A DNA stretch of 64,000 bases, from the NCBI GenBank assembly GCA_951406725.2, contig OX597822.1, forward strand, positions 22,134,001 to 22,198,000, given 5' to 3'. The stretch is from Octopus vulgaris (Eukaryota). The notes under the pieces were generated by a model. The model was not told the origin of the DNA. It saw only the letters and a list, made by a program, of their open reading frames with translations, and ran no database searches. Every line of letters begins with the position of its first letter. Position 1 is the stretch's first letter. Made by a program: the position numbers and the translations under genes. Below, in pieces: positions 1-13,052 of this stretch.

Positions 1-1369
1 TGGGGCACCATCTTGAATGAGCTCCAGTACTTTTTTTTTTAAAGCCTAGTATTTATTCTATTGGTCTCTTTTTGTCAAACTGCTTAGTTTTGAGAACATA
101 AAGAAACTAACATCAGTTGCCATGTGTTGGTCAGGAGCAAACATAAACTCTCTCTCTCACACATGCACACACACACATATATACATACATACATGCATGC
201 ATGCATGCATACATACATACACACATACACACACACACACACACATACACATACACACACACACACGCGTGTGCGCATGCATGTATGCACACACAGCAGC
301 TGAAGCAGTAATAGTACCAAAAAATAAAATATTCACCACTTAAAGTAGATGTTGTGTTAGAACACATAAATACTGCAATATTTTTGCCAAGAGAGAAAAA
401 CTCACATATGGTTTTTCGGTGCTTAAAATCACATCTAAGCTATTGCCAGCAGCAGACAATAACCACTACTTCCACTGTCAAGACTACCAGATCACATGAT
501 TTTGGCCTATTTTGGCCTATGCAATGGCAGACACCTGACTGCTAGAAATAGTAGTAACTGCTGCACTAACAATATACATAGAAATACAGAGCCCAAACAG
601 GCACTGCTGTTGCTAAAAGCCAGTGGGCTTAATAAAAAATATGTCAACAGAAGCAGTATTAATACCAAAAGCAGTATTTATACCAAAAGAGAAAACCTCT
701 TATATGGTTTTTTGGTACATAAAAGCACATCATAGCTATTGCCAGCAGCAGGCAATCACTGCTACTTCTGTTGCCAGGTTCTGTCTATTAAGTCCACTCA
801 CAAGGCTTTGATGGGCCTGAAGCTATAGTAGAAGATTCTTGCTCAAGGTGCAATGTGATGGACTGAAACTAAAACTATGTGGCTGGGAAGCAAACTTCTT
901 ACCACACAGCCACACCATATACATATGATCACAAATATTTGAAGATCATAAGAAGTGTGGGACTGTGTCCAGTTTATCTTTTTTTTTCCCGCATTATTAA
1001 AAAAGTCGTATTAGTTTGAAGAAATTATAAATGAATATTAAAAACTGTTTGAGCCATAAAGTTTATTTGTATATTAAACATAAATTATAATGCTTAATAT
1101 TACAAGATTTGCTTCTGTTCTAAGTGTCAACTTCTGTTTGAATTTCATATGTAAACAAATAGCTTTTCTCTGCATTTGTAAAAAATGTAATAAAGTGAAA
1201 AAAAACAACAAAACAAGTGAGTAAATTATTTTAAAATGTAGTACGTAGTGCAAAAGCAATAATCCCTATCTAATAGAATTAAGTCTTCAAATTGTGTTAG
1301 ACTGTGGTCATGCTGGGTACCATCTTGAAATTATTTAGTCCATAATATCAAATCAAAATCATCAAAATC

Positions 1370-1950
1370 AAATCAAAATCAAAATCAAGATCATTTTGAT
1401 GACTGGCATCTGTGCTAGCGGGGTGCAAAGAGCACCATATGAGTGTGATCATTGATAGGTTGACAGAGAGGCTATTCGAGTATGATCATTACCAGCGTCG
1501 CCTTACTGGCACTCATGCCTGTGCTAGTAGGGTGCTAAGAACACCATCCTAGCATGATCGTTGTGATCGTTGCCAGAGCAGCCAACTGGCTTCCGTACCC
1601 ATGGCATGTAAAAGGGCACCATTCGAGCGTGATTGTTACCAACGTCGCTTCACTGGCACCTGTGTCGATGGCACCTGTGTCGATGGCACCTGTGTCGGTG
1701 GCACCTGTAAAAAGATTCAAGTGAGGTCATTGCCAGTATTGCCTGACTGGCCCCCGTGCAGGTGGCACGTAAAAAGCACCCACTACACTCCCGGAGTGGT
1801 TGGTGTTAGGAAGGGCATCTAGCTGTAGAAACTCTGCCAGATCAAGACTGAAGTCTGGTGCAGCCATCTGGTTGCCAGCCCTCAGTCAAAACCGTCCAAC
1901 CCATGCTAGCATGGAAAACAGACGTTAAATGATGATGATGATGATGATGA
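1370..1950 (+). mobile_element. RTE 3' UTR-derived repeat with internal tandem modules and (TGA)n tail
   Basis: Ends AACCGTCCAACCCATGCTAGCATGGAAAACAGACGTTAAATGATGATG, homologous to the 3' end of the LINE at 60097-60330. Confidence 0.85.
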
Positions 1951-3123
1951 ATATCATCTGCCAACACAATTTTTTGCATATGGTCAAATGTAAGTTGCAT
2001 TATCAAAAGCATCAAGAAAAGAAAATATAAAAATATTAACCGAGATAAATGAAAAGGATTCCATTTGCTGACAGATGTGTCTGCAAAAAAATTCTACAGT
2101 GATGTGAGACATTCATTACTCTTTATTAATTGAAATGTATTTAAGTTACTTTTTAATTGCTTGGAAAGGGACACTAGAAACACTTAAGATGTCTATAAGT
2201 GAATATAATGAAACAACAATATAGCAAAACTCAATTTGACACATTGGTAAATGTAATTCATGAATTCCCTCCAGAGCATCTATTTTCAAATTCACTCAAG
2301 TGAAGATTCATGAACATTTTCCCTTGACAGTCTCATCTCTTTTCCAGTTTGCCTTGTCTTTTTTAAATATATCTTGGATCATTTTACTGATTACAGAATA
2401 AACTATAACAGAGTTTTTGTTCAATTCATGAGCATATTGTCAATTTACTCTACAATTTATGTATTATATCTATATGTATATATAATATCAATATGCGCAA
2501 CACATATGCCAGCAGAAAACTGCCCAGAGGGCGGTTTTTCGGAAATTAACTCCAATCTTTGTTAATTTGGTTGTTGACTTTGAAAGGATAAAAGATAAGT
2601 CATGATATTTATAAGATTTGAACTTAGGGCGTAAAAGGATCTATATAAGTATGTGATCACCAGTGATTTTGAATATGAGTCGTCAATTATTCAATCAACT
2701 GAACTGCATGCTTTTGAATTAGTATACTCTCCTTTTCCTAGGTCTTCAACGTCTAATGAAGTCGTAAGTTTGCCATTGTAACATAAGGGTTAATAAGATA
2801 ATATATCAGTCAAGAACTGAACTTGATGGTATCAGCTGGGTCACTCCCTTCAAATTGGCTGGTTTTGGGACAAAAACTAGGAATGATGATGATCATCATC
2901 ATCATTATCATCATTACTATTATTATTTTCATTATTATTATTTCTATACCTATGTGAGAATTAGACATATGGTCAGCAGTTTTGAGTGGAACTGGGGGAC
3001 TGTTACCATTGCCCTCAGTACTTCACTGATGCTTTATTTTATCAACCCCATGAAGGACAAAGCTGACTTCAGCAGGAATTGAACTCAGTATGAAAAGTGT
3101 CAACAAAAACAAAACAGTAATAA

Positions 3124-3335
3124 TAGTTTCAAATTTTGGCACAAGACCAGCAATTTGAGGTGAGAGGTAAGTTGATTACATCAACCCCAGTACTCAACTA
3201 GCATTTATTTTATTGACCTGACAGGATGAATGGCAAAGTCAACCTCAGCAGAATTTGAACTCTGAACATAAAAAATGAATAAAATGTCACTAAGCATTTT
3301 GTTTGACATGCTAACAGTTCTACCAGCTTGCCACC

Positions 3336-3393
<58 letters not shown>

Positions 3394-3651
3394 CAACAAC
3401 AACAACAACAGCAGCAGCAGCAGCAGCAGCAACCCTTTCTATTATCGGCACAAAACCTGAAATTTTGGGGGATGAGACTAGTCAATTACATTGACCCCAG
3501 TGTTTCACTGCTACTTATTTTATCGGCCCCAAAAGGATGAAAGGCTAAGTCAACCTTGATGGAATTTGAACTCAGAATGTAAGGATGAACAAAATTCCAG
3601 CAAGCATTTTGCCCAGCATGCTAATGATTCTGCCAGCTCACCATCTTCTTC

Positions 3652-3730
<79 letters not shown>

Positions 3731-3957
3731 TGATGATCTTTTCTACTATAGGTACAAGACCTAACATTTGGGGGAGGGGATATTCAAGTACATCGACCCC
3801 AGTACTTGACTGGTACTTAATTTAACAACCCTGAAAGGATGAAAGGCAAAATTGACCTCGGCAAATAAATGAAGTACCAGTCAGAGTGTAATAACAGACA
3901 AAATGCTGGTAAATATTTTGTCTGGCATGCCAATGGTTCTACCAGCTTGCCACCTTA
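3124..3957 (-). mobile_element. Three head-to-tail copies of a ~210-bp tRNA-derived SINE (Nin-domain-like) separated by (AAT)n
   Basis: Repeated GGATGAAAGGCAAAGTCAACCTC..GAATTTGAACTCAGAA (B box GAGTTCAAAT on minus). Further copies at ~12600-12825, 22226-22385, 38620-38838 (+), 41677-41892 and 41907-42138. Confidence 0.8.
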
Positions 3958-4119
3958 ATAATAAGAAGAAGAAGAAGAAAATCAATAATAATTCAAAGGG
4001 ATGAAAGGTAAAGTTGTCCTTGGCAACTTTTAATAATGGCCAATATAAGTGTTAGTTAGTTGGCTGGTTGATTATTTTTTCAGTCACACTATACATCATA
4101 TAGTCATACATATCATCAT

Positions 4120-4655
4120 CTGGAAAAGATTTTCTAACTAGAAAGAGTATGGCCTGGTCAGCCTGTAATGACATGCATAAGATCTGGTCATCAAATCTAA
4201 GTAGAGACTTCAAACTTGAAATCTTCAAAGCCACAGTCGAACCAATTCTACTATATGGCTCAGAAACCTGGACGTTATCAAAGAAGCTTGAGAGGCAGTT
4301 GGATGGAACCTACACTCGCTTCCTTATGAGAGCTCAAAATCTCTCGTGGAAGCGTCATCCAACCAAAATGCAAATATATGGGAAACTACCACCTGTGTCA
4401 TCTCTTGTGAAAGGTAAGAGAGTCCAGTTTGCTGGACATTGTTGTAGAGCTGAAAACGAGGCAATTTCTACTCTTCTCCCTTGGAAGCCATCTACTCGCA
4501 ATACCAGAAGGCGCACACTCTCCTACCCTGATGTAATCTCCAGGGATACAGGCATCCAGCAACAGGACCTCCGTAATGCTATGATGGACCGTGAAGTCTG
4601 GCGTAGCATGGTAAATTTCATTGTCTTGACCACGGTCGAACAATGATGATGATAT
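4120..4655 (+). mobile_element. 3' end of a second RTE-like LINE family
   Basis: 165-aa frame KLEIFKATVEPILLYGSETWTL..LDGTYTRFL..QFAGHC..MDREVWR ending in (TGA)n. Confidence 0.85.
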
Positions 4656-5421
4656 AGAGACAGATACAGAGAGAGTTAAAATATGAGGCTTGGTGGCTGG
4701 GAAAGAATAAAGGAATGTTACATCCACACACACACACAGAGTGAGAGAGAAATAATTATAGAAACAGAGAAGGAGAAGCGCTTAATACTTCTTAGTATTT
4801 CTTTTGTCATTTTGTATTGACACCAAGAAATTTAATAAAAGTTAAATTGTAATTATTGGATTATTGGATGTATGCCATATTTCCTGATATTACCCAATGT
4901 ACATTGTTTTGTCTTAATATAAAAGGCTACAGCAAATATTCTGCTCAATACCACAAATTTGCTTGTCAGCTGTTTGACCTTAACCAGTTGAGCATATCTT
5001 TTAGTAGCTGGCAATCTCTGATCACGAGCAGAAGTAGTGGGGCAGCATCATAACCATGTGTTGAGAGGATTTCTTTGTGGTTTGATTACTTCACCTCTGG
5101 AAACATGGGTGTTTTGTTCAACATCCTTAAACAACCCTTATTCAAGGACCTTTTGAGTGGGAAGGGCTACTTGACCTAAAGAAAATTCTAACTGGGCCCC
5201 ACCTGCAAGTTCATGTATTGTTTATCTTGACATGAGATCACCATGTTATGCACATATGGTTGTGATGCATGTGCCAGGTGGTTGTTCCATGGAGAAAAGG
5301 TGCATTGAATTCAATGCACTATAGATATTTTTTTTACTATTTGACTGCCCTAACAATTAATGTGGAAGATATAAACCAACAATGAATCTTCTATGCTACA
5401 GGTTACACCAAGTTGTTTTAA

Positions 5422-5639
5422 CCCTTTAGCATCCAAACCGGTCATATCCAGCCAAAATATTCTACCTGTTTTATGTTCAAGCTGACCAGATCTGACCTCC
5501 GCCATCTACTGTATAATTTCGCTCTAAAATAAACAATCGCATCATCAACTTTCCAAAGCTAGAAGAAAATGCATAATTAATTCAAAACAATATGAGAAAA
5601 TAAAGATTACATTTGACAGGATAATCTGAATGCTAAAAG
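5422..5639 (+). mobile_element. TTAA-flanked (piggyBac-like) MITE, copy 1
   Basis: TTAA-CCCTTTAGCAT...ATGCTAAAAG-TTAA; homologous to 30857-31070 and 54359-54565. Confidence 0.75.
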
Positions 5640-6315
5640 TTAAACAAGAATGGTAAAAAAGGACAATGCTTGAAGCTTCAGTAAAGGAAGGCCAATATTC
5701 AGACATCTGAATGGTGCTAATGTCCAGGAGGTAAAGATAGATTTGGAATTAATTGCTTGTGTTCTGATATCGTATTGTATTAATGAAACAATGGCCAATT
5801 TTGTGGCATGAACTAATTTATCAAAATATGTCAGGATTGACAAATTGGCTTTACCTTAGGAAGGCAATGTGGCATGGCACATATAAGGAACCGTCTAAAA
5901 TATGAGGGAATTAAGGAAACATGGAGGGTATAAATATGTCAGTGCATGGTGTTTCTAATTGAGGTAGTATGTTGTAAGTTTGCTATTGGATATAGGTAGC
6001 AAGCTAGATCAGCTATATGCAACCTGCAAAAATCCTCACCTAGTTCTTGGGCAATATATTCATTGCTAGATTAAAAGGTTTAATGTCTCCCTTAATTCCA
6101 GGTGGTTGTTCCATGGATAACAGGTGGGAAAATGTGTGCTATTATGTGAGCTTCAAGAATTTAGGCATTCCCTAGCAGCATCAATGCCACCCAGCACCAC
6201 TGGAATGATACCTTTGAAAATACTAACAACATTGGTGATCTCCAATTGACAGGTGATGAAAGGAATGCACTACAATACAAGCTCTCTGTGTGTCTATCTC
6301 TTTGTATATCTCCCC

Positions 6316-6379
<64 letters not shown>

Positions 6380-6423
6380 GCATATATACACACACCACTT
6401 ACATAAACATATACATTTACAGG

Positions 6424-6459
<36 letters not shown>

Positions 6460-6460
<1 letters not shown>

Positions 6461-7150
6461 CCCCCGTTTGTTTGTCCAATTTTAAACCCTGCACGACTTC
6501 TATACACACTGTCTTTTACTACCCGCCATTGCTTCTTCACCAAACTTTTTGGCGCCCTCCGATTCTTTCCCTCTCTTCCTCCCATCCTCCTCCCCTCTTC
6601 CTCCCATCCTCCTTAATCCCTTCTTTCTCCTTTTCTCTTGGTCACTGATTCTGTCCCCTGCCTTCCACCCTCTTTGATTCCCTCTCTCTCTGTCTCTCTT
6701 TCTCTCTCTCCTGCGACCTGCTGCTTCTTAAACCATTCTGTTGGCCTTCGTATCTCGACCAACATGTGTCCCCGCTACCGAAACGGTAATTATTTCTACG
6801 CCAGCTATGTTGTTGTTGTGTTTTTGTCTCATTTGGTCTAAAGTCGTATGACAACCACCGTTATATATATTTTGTTTATTCATTACTGTTTTCAATTTCA
6901 TTTTCGTCTCTTGTATTCACATCCGTCTTGTGCGTTCACATTCCTGTCTTCTACCAAGAAATCTAATGCTTACAGCTTAGTTTTTTTCTTGGGGCTGGCC
7001 GAGTTGGAGCAAATATCAGAATTGAACAGCCGAAATTTGCTATGATGATTCGGTGTCTGACTGAAGATTGAAGGCTTCGAATGATTTGTCTGTGTTCCGT
7101 GTTCGTCCCTTCCTGTATTTCACGTTCATTATATATAAAAACATTCATTT
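6460..7150 (+). mobile_element. Non-coding element between TA tracts carrying permuted hammerhead copy 1
   Basis: Bounded by TA repeats, CpG-richer than flanks, pyrimidine-rich 5' part, 3' part homologous to 23330-23435. Confidence 0.5.
6993..7067 (+). ncRNA. Predicted non-circularly permuted hammerhead ribozyme with kink-turn, copy 1
   Basis: GGCUG/CAGCC (stem II); GCAAAU-A/GAA-AUUUGC (stem III, AUA site); UCAGA/UCUGA-CUGAAGA (stem I plus core); k-turn UAU-GAU/G-GA; helix CCGAGUU/GAUUCGG. Confidence 0.7.
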
Positions 7151-7194
7151 ATATATATATATATATATATATAGATAGATAGATAGATAGATAA

Positions 7195-7770
7195 TAACAA
7201 AGAGTAAAATTAATTAATGAAGAAGTAATCAGTAATTTCACCAAGTAGAATTTGGCATGAAAAAGACCATTTCATGGTAAACTTAAGTAATACATTATAA
7301 TTAGGGTTCAGCAAAGATTTGCTTCACCACATACCGAAGTTTAGAAATAGCAGTCAAAAAATTTTAGCTATTCCTACTACTTTAAAAGGGACTCCCAGAA
7401 AACCAAAGTACTTGAAAACAATCCACGCAGGCAAGGGGGAAAATAATGAAAATCAATCAATATTAGGTTACCTACATATGCATGGATTCCTCATATATGA
7501 GGAATCCTACGCTGATGAGCCGAAAATAGTCGAGTAAAGTATAATTATTTATTCTTTATACCGATCTAATTCCGAAACGCGCGTACGTGGGTAACCTAAT
7601 ATCGATTGATTTTCGTTATTTTTCCCCTTGCCTGCGTGGATTGTTTTCAAGTACTTTGGTTTTCTGGGAGCCCCTTTTAAAGTAGAAAGAATAGCTAAGA
7701 TTTTTTTACTGCTATTTCTAAACTTCGGTATGTGGTGAAGCAAATCTTTGCTGAACCCTAATTATAAAGT
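7195..7770. mobile_element. Non-coding fold-back element (PLE pLTR-like) with ~190-bp inverted arms around a hammerhead
   Basis: Arms ~7295-7482 and ~7580-7766 are reverse complements; 24-bp perfect palindrome at 7484-7507; flanked by (TA)n/(TAGA)n. Confidence 0.75.
7506..7591 (+). ncRNA. Type I hammerhead ribozyme with long irregular stem II
   Basis: CCUACG-CUGAUGA-G(53 nt, imperfect hairpin)C-GAAAC-GCGC-GUA-CGUGGG; stem I 6 bp with one G-U pair. Confidence 0.8.
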
Positions 7771-7771
7771 A

Positions 7772-7772
7772 T

Positions 7773-7836
<64 letters not shown>

Positions 7837-7890
7837 ACAGATAGAGAAATAGATAGGTATATAGATAGATAGACAGATAGACAGATAGAC

Positions 7891-7925
<35 letters not shown>

Positions 7926-7950
7926 CAGATAGAGAGATAGATAGATAGAT
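7772..7950. repeat. (TAGA)n/(CAGA) microsatellite
   Basis: Directly visible. Confidence 0.95.
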
Positions 7951-9301
7951 GTGTGTGTGTTGTTTTGTGTTTATTGTGCATATATTGAATATATATTTGT
8001 GTATATGAGACAGATCAAGGAGGTGTTAGATATTAATTTTTATATTTCCGTCTTCAGCTTCTATAGAGCCACTGAAGGTTTAATGGCCAAAATAGTTTTT
8101 CTCTTTTTTCATTTTCCTATGTTCTTTACAGTTAAACATTGTTTCAGTATCGATCTAACATGAAAGGACTATAATTTACTTGCTTTCAGTGTGTGTGTGT
8201 GTGTGTGTATTTGTGTGTGTGTGTGTGTGTGTGTGCATGTATTTTTGCGTGTGTGCGTGTATTTGTGTGTGTGTGTGTGTGTGTGCGTGTATTTGTGTGT
8301 GTGTGTGTGTATCTCCCTCTCTCTGTCTCAGTGGGTCCTTGTATGTGTCTCTCTCCCATCTCTGTCCCCCTTCTCTCTTCTCCTCCAAATCTGTTCCTCT
8401 CTCTCCTCCTCTCTCACCCTTTTCTCCACCCTCTCTCCATCTGTTACTCTGTGTCTTTGACAGTGTTGTGTATGCATCTTTGCATGTGTCTATGCGGTTG
8501 TAAGTGTTGCCAGCATATATCTCCTCTTCTTCACCTTCTCTCTTCTTCATCTTCCTCTCTTTCAGTTGTAAGTGCATCTTTGAATTCATATTAACGTATT
8601 TTGAGTGAATTCATGTATATATGTGTTTAAGGGTGTGTGGATGTGATATCTGAATGGTTATGTATCTGCTTTGTGAGTATGTGTAAGTGTGCTTTTTAAA
8701 ATGTGTAGGAATATGCCAGTATGTCTCTTGGTAATATTTCTGTATATGTGTATGTGTGTGTGTGTGCATGTGTGTATGAAAGAGAGAGAGAATTATGGGT
8801 ATGTGTGGTGTGTAGATTATTTTGAATGTCTTCTTGTTTGTGAATGTGTATGTATCTGTAGCTACATGTGTGTGTCTATGTAACAACATGGGCCACATGT
8901 TTCCCTCTGAAAATGTGCTTAGCATTTTTGTATTCATGTGTGTCTGTTTCAATGAGTATGAAAATAAGTGTGTGTGAGTGTGTTTGTGTGTGTGTATATT
9001 ATATGAATGCAAATAGTGTATATGGGTTGTAACAACAAGTGCTAGTTTCAATATCTTGTTGCAAACGATAGGGGGATATCATAGCAACTTCTTAGTTACA
9101 ATACATGTAATACACTTAATGAAATTACATATATATGTATGTATATCTATTTATCTATGTGTGTGTTTGTGTGTGTGTGTATGTATGTATGCATGTATGT
9201 ATGTATGTATGTATGTATGTCTATTTATCTATGCGTGTGTATGCATGCATATATATACATATATATATGCATGTATATATATGTATATATATCAATGAAA
9301 G

Positions 9302-9374
<73 letters not shown>

Positions 9375-9587
9375 TTATAGACATATACATATATATGCGT
9401 ATATGTTATATAAATATGTATGTATGTATATGTTATATTTCTGCAAATAAAACATATGTACACACACATGCACACACATTTCATAAAGTTGTGTGAATTG
9501 TGTGACTGATATATGTTTATTGTTGAGTAAAAGGTCTGTTTGGCATGAAGTAGTTGGCAGTCAGTGATTTGTTTATATATGGGTATT

Positions 9588-9618
<31 letters not shown>

Positions 9619-9755
9619 TTATGTACACACATACTTATCTGTCTGTGTTTGTATATAAACTTGTATGGCTTTATAGATACGGACACATGCACAGGTATAA
9701 ATGTGTGTTATCTGTATGAGTAGATTTAGTGTGTATGTGTGTGTATGCGTGTGTA

Positions 9756-9796
<41 letters not shown>

Positions 9797-12201
9797 AGAG
9801 AGTGAGAGAGAAAGAGAGAGTGATAGTGAAAAATGAGAATGAGCATGTAAGCAGGTACACACACACACACACACACACATATTTGAATGAATGTGTGGTT
9901 AAATATTGAACTCTAAAGTTGTTATTGACGTTTTTGAGTTGGTATAATTGAAACACTTGAGATAAACAAGTAGAAAGATAAACTATTCTCAGACATATAT
10001 TTTCAAATATTCCAGAGAGATTTGAGTTTCATGAGTTCTGACCAACCTTGCAGTATAATTCTCAGAAATATTCTACTACATTACAGATATTACTGTTGAA
10101 CTTAAGTTTTTGTGCACACATCTAAACTGTTGCCTGTTTGAGTTTGACTGTTATGTGGTACTGAGTTAGAAATGTTTTTTTCGTAATTTAGATAAATGGA
10201 TAGATAGGTAGAGGAACAGTTTCTATAAAGCAGCTTTGAAATTTGAAGGATAGTAAAGTTCAAATATTATTAGAATGAATTCTTTAAAATATTTTCGAAT
10301 TTCCTGGTGAAACAACCTCAGTTGAGTACCTTATGGCAGAAAAGAAAGATAATGAACCAGTGGACTTATTTATTTGGCTGTAACAAAAACATTTTGGCTA
10401 GGATATATGTTTCAAAAACTGTCTAATAACACCACTTCGAAGATATTGATTTAGAGTTCGTCCAGAAAAGAAAGACATATAGGCTAACAAAAACATTTCC
10501 AAAGATACATGTAAGAGGTTCTTGCCAGAAAATAGCCAAATATGGCAAAGGATCAAAAAAATAATAAATAGAAATAAAATAAACTAGGTGCAGTGAAAGT
10601 AGAAAAATGTTTTAGAAATATGTTTGAGCTCTATGGACTAAGATAAAGTAAATATACAAATAGAAGCAAACAAAAGAAGATGACTCTTACAAAAGATTTC
10701 TGCTTTAAGAAGTCTTTTCTGTTACAAATTGTAATTTGTTGTTATAGCCATATCACATGGCTGCGTGGTTAAGAAATTTAGTTCTTGACTCTATGGTTTC
10801 AGGCCCGATCCTACTGCATGGTATCTTGGGCAAGTGTCTTCTACAGTAGCCTCCAATGTATCAAAAGCTTGTGATATTTGGTAGACAGAAACTGTGTGGA
10901 GGGCCTTCAGAGTAGTGTTGCTGTTTGTGTACGGGTACAGGGGTAGTTAATCTGGGTATAAAATTCTTAGAGGTGAAAAATTTCAAAGAATTAGAAATAA
11001 AGTAGAGATGATAAATAAATTTAAAAAAAACAAAAACAATACTTGCTTAGTCCTGGGTGATGGCAACCCACACTTTGCCACTGCTTTAGAGAGACTACTT
11101 CTATTGATGAGAAGTAGACATAATCCATCACCTAATTTTAACACCACCCCTATCACCCCTTGGTGTCTTGCAGTAGACAATCCATCACCAGCACCACCAT
11201 CATGTTTGTGTCACATAACAGACATAATTCATTGCCTAGTTTAGCAGCAGTACCACCAACACTTTGGTGCCTTGTGGTAGAATTGATCCAGCAACCAGTT
11301 TAGCACCACCACTAGGGTGCCTTTAGCAGAAGCTACTCTGTAGGCAATCAGTTAGGTGAGGTTCTTATTTGAGGAAAAAAAATTTTTTTCCAATCAAATA
11401 CTTTGAAAAAGTGATTTAGTACTACACTTCTTCCTCTGCCTTAGCCATTAAAAATATTTTGCATGATTCATATCCATAGGCTTTATTTTCTAGGTACAGT
11501 ATTTTGTGGACTACAGTATCCAACATATCCTTCTTTATTTCTAAGGTGTTGGGATGCGATTTGAAGAAGCCTTAGATGAGTTTTCTAACAGATAAAGTAA
11601 TCGCATAACGACCTGCTCATTGGTTTGCATTGAATGAAGTGTTATTACTCTATACAACATTTAATTAGTAATTATCAAGCATATCATTCAATATTTGTAG
11701 TTTTCATTGTTTAGCTGTTGATCAAGTAGGCTTATGATTAAAGGAATTCCAGCTTTGATTATTCAGGAATGGTTTATTAAGGAGTATATTATCTAATGTG
11801 TTCTTCCTTGTTTATAATGGTACAATGTGATTTGGAAGAAATCTGGCTGGAAATTTCTTGCAGGTATTTTGCAACCACTTGTTGGTTTGTATTTGGCTCA
11901 GTTAATTATTTTTATAGGTTATCTGAATATAAATTGAATGATTGACAGTATTTATCTCAGCTCAGTCTTCATACTATGTTGACAGTCAATATTATACAGG
12001 CTGGGTCTAGTCAGCCAGTTGTAAATACATACCATGAGTTATTACAGCTTGTGATGAGAGTAACATATAACCAAGAAGTGTTTCATTAGCTCATTGCTTT
12101 GAGTTCAAGACCATGAGAAGAAATAACAAGAAAACTCTGGGGTGTCTTTCGTTTTTGAATTTGGTTTGCAAGATTCTTTATATGAGTTCGTGTGTTGAAG
12201 C

Positions 12202-12445
12202 ATATTCTGTTGTATCTGGGGAGAGTCATTCTCTTTTAGTGCCTTATTATTTAACACACTCACCAGTAAAATTTCCACTTATTTCTTATTTTTATTTTCT
12301 AAAAGTTAAGACTATTGAAAAGGTTGCAAGACGCAACGAAAATTTTAGAAAATAAAAATAAGAAATAAGTGGAAATTTTACTGGTGAGTGTGTTAAATAA
12401 TAAGGCACTAAAAGAGAATGACTCTCCCCAGACACAACAGAATCT
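12202..12445. repeat. Near-perfect inverted repeat (~103-bp arms, ~40-bp spacer)
   Basis: 12202-12304 is the reverse complement of ~12343-12445; the spacer contains hairpin GTTGC-AAGAC-GCAAC followed by GAAA. Confidence 0.85.
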
Positions 12446-13018
12446 GAGGTGCCTTGTTTGTTGAAATGTCATGTTTAGAGTAAACTATTCATCATTTTCC
12501 ATTCAGTAACCAATCTAATTTAGTTATGTAGTATTTTATAGTAAATATTTTAGTTGTTTGAAGCAGTTGACACCTTTCACCTGCATTACTTTATTTTCTT
12601 ATTTCTTTACTGTCCACAAGGGGCTACTCACAGAGGGGACAAACTAGAACAAATGGATTAAGTCGATTATATCAACTCCAGTGCATAACTGGTACTTATT
12701 TAATCGACCCCAAAAGGATGAAAAGCAAAGTCAACCTTGGTGGAATTTGTACTCAGAACGTAGCGGCAGATGAACTAACACTAAGCATTTTGCCTGGCGT
12801 GCTAACATTTCTGCCAGCTCGTTGCATTACTTTATTTTCTGACTGTAAAAGACAATTTTGATTTTCAACCATGCATTTGGTGCAGGCATGGTGATGAGAG
12901 CAAGGAACCACATTCAATCACTCTGCATGGCAATTTGGGCATGTGTCTTTTACTAAATCCATTTTTTAACTCAAGCTATGTAAGTGAATTTGGTAGATGG
13001 AAACTGAGAGAAGCCTGT

Positions 13019-13049
<31 letters not shown>

Positions 13050-13052
<3 letters not shown>

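Noticed and set aside
5274-6126. Direct repeat CCAGGTGGTTGTTCCATGGA ~825 bp apart, as LTRs or a TSD
   Set aside because: Too short for LTRs, and no coherent element lies between the copies.
6993-7055. HDV-like ribozyme interpretation of the pseudoknot
   Set aside because: The helix order does not fit the HDV nested double pseudoknot, and no P1.1 or J4/2 is evident.
7043-7064. C box (TGATGA) plus D box (CTGA), suggesting a C/D snoRNA
   Set aside because: The boxes are too close together and the C box is not kept in the 23343 copy; the k-turn plus hammerhead core explains it better.
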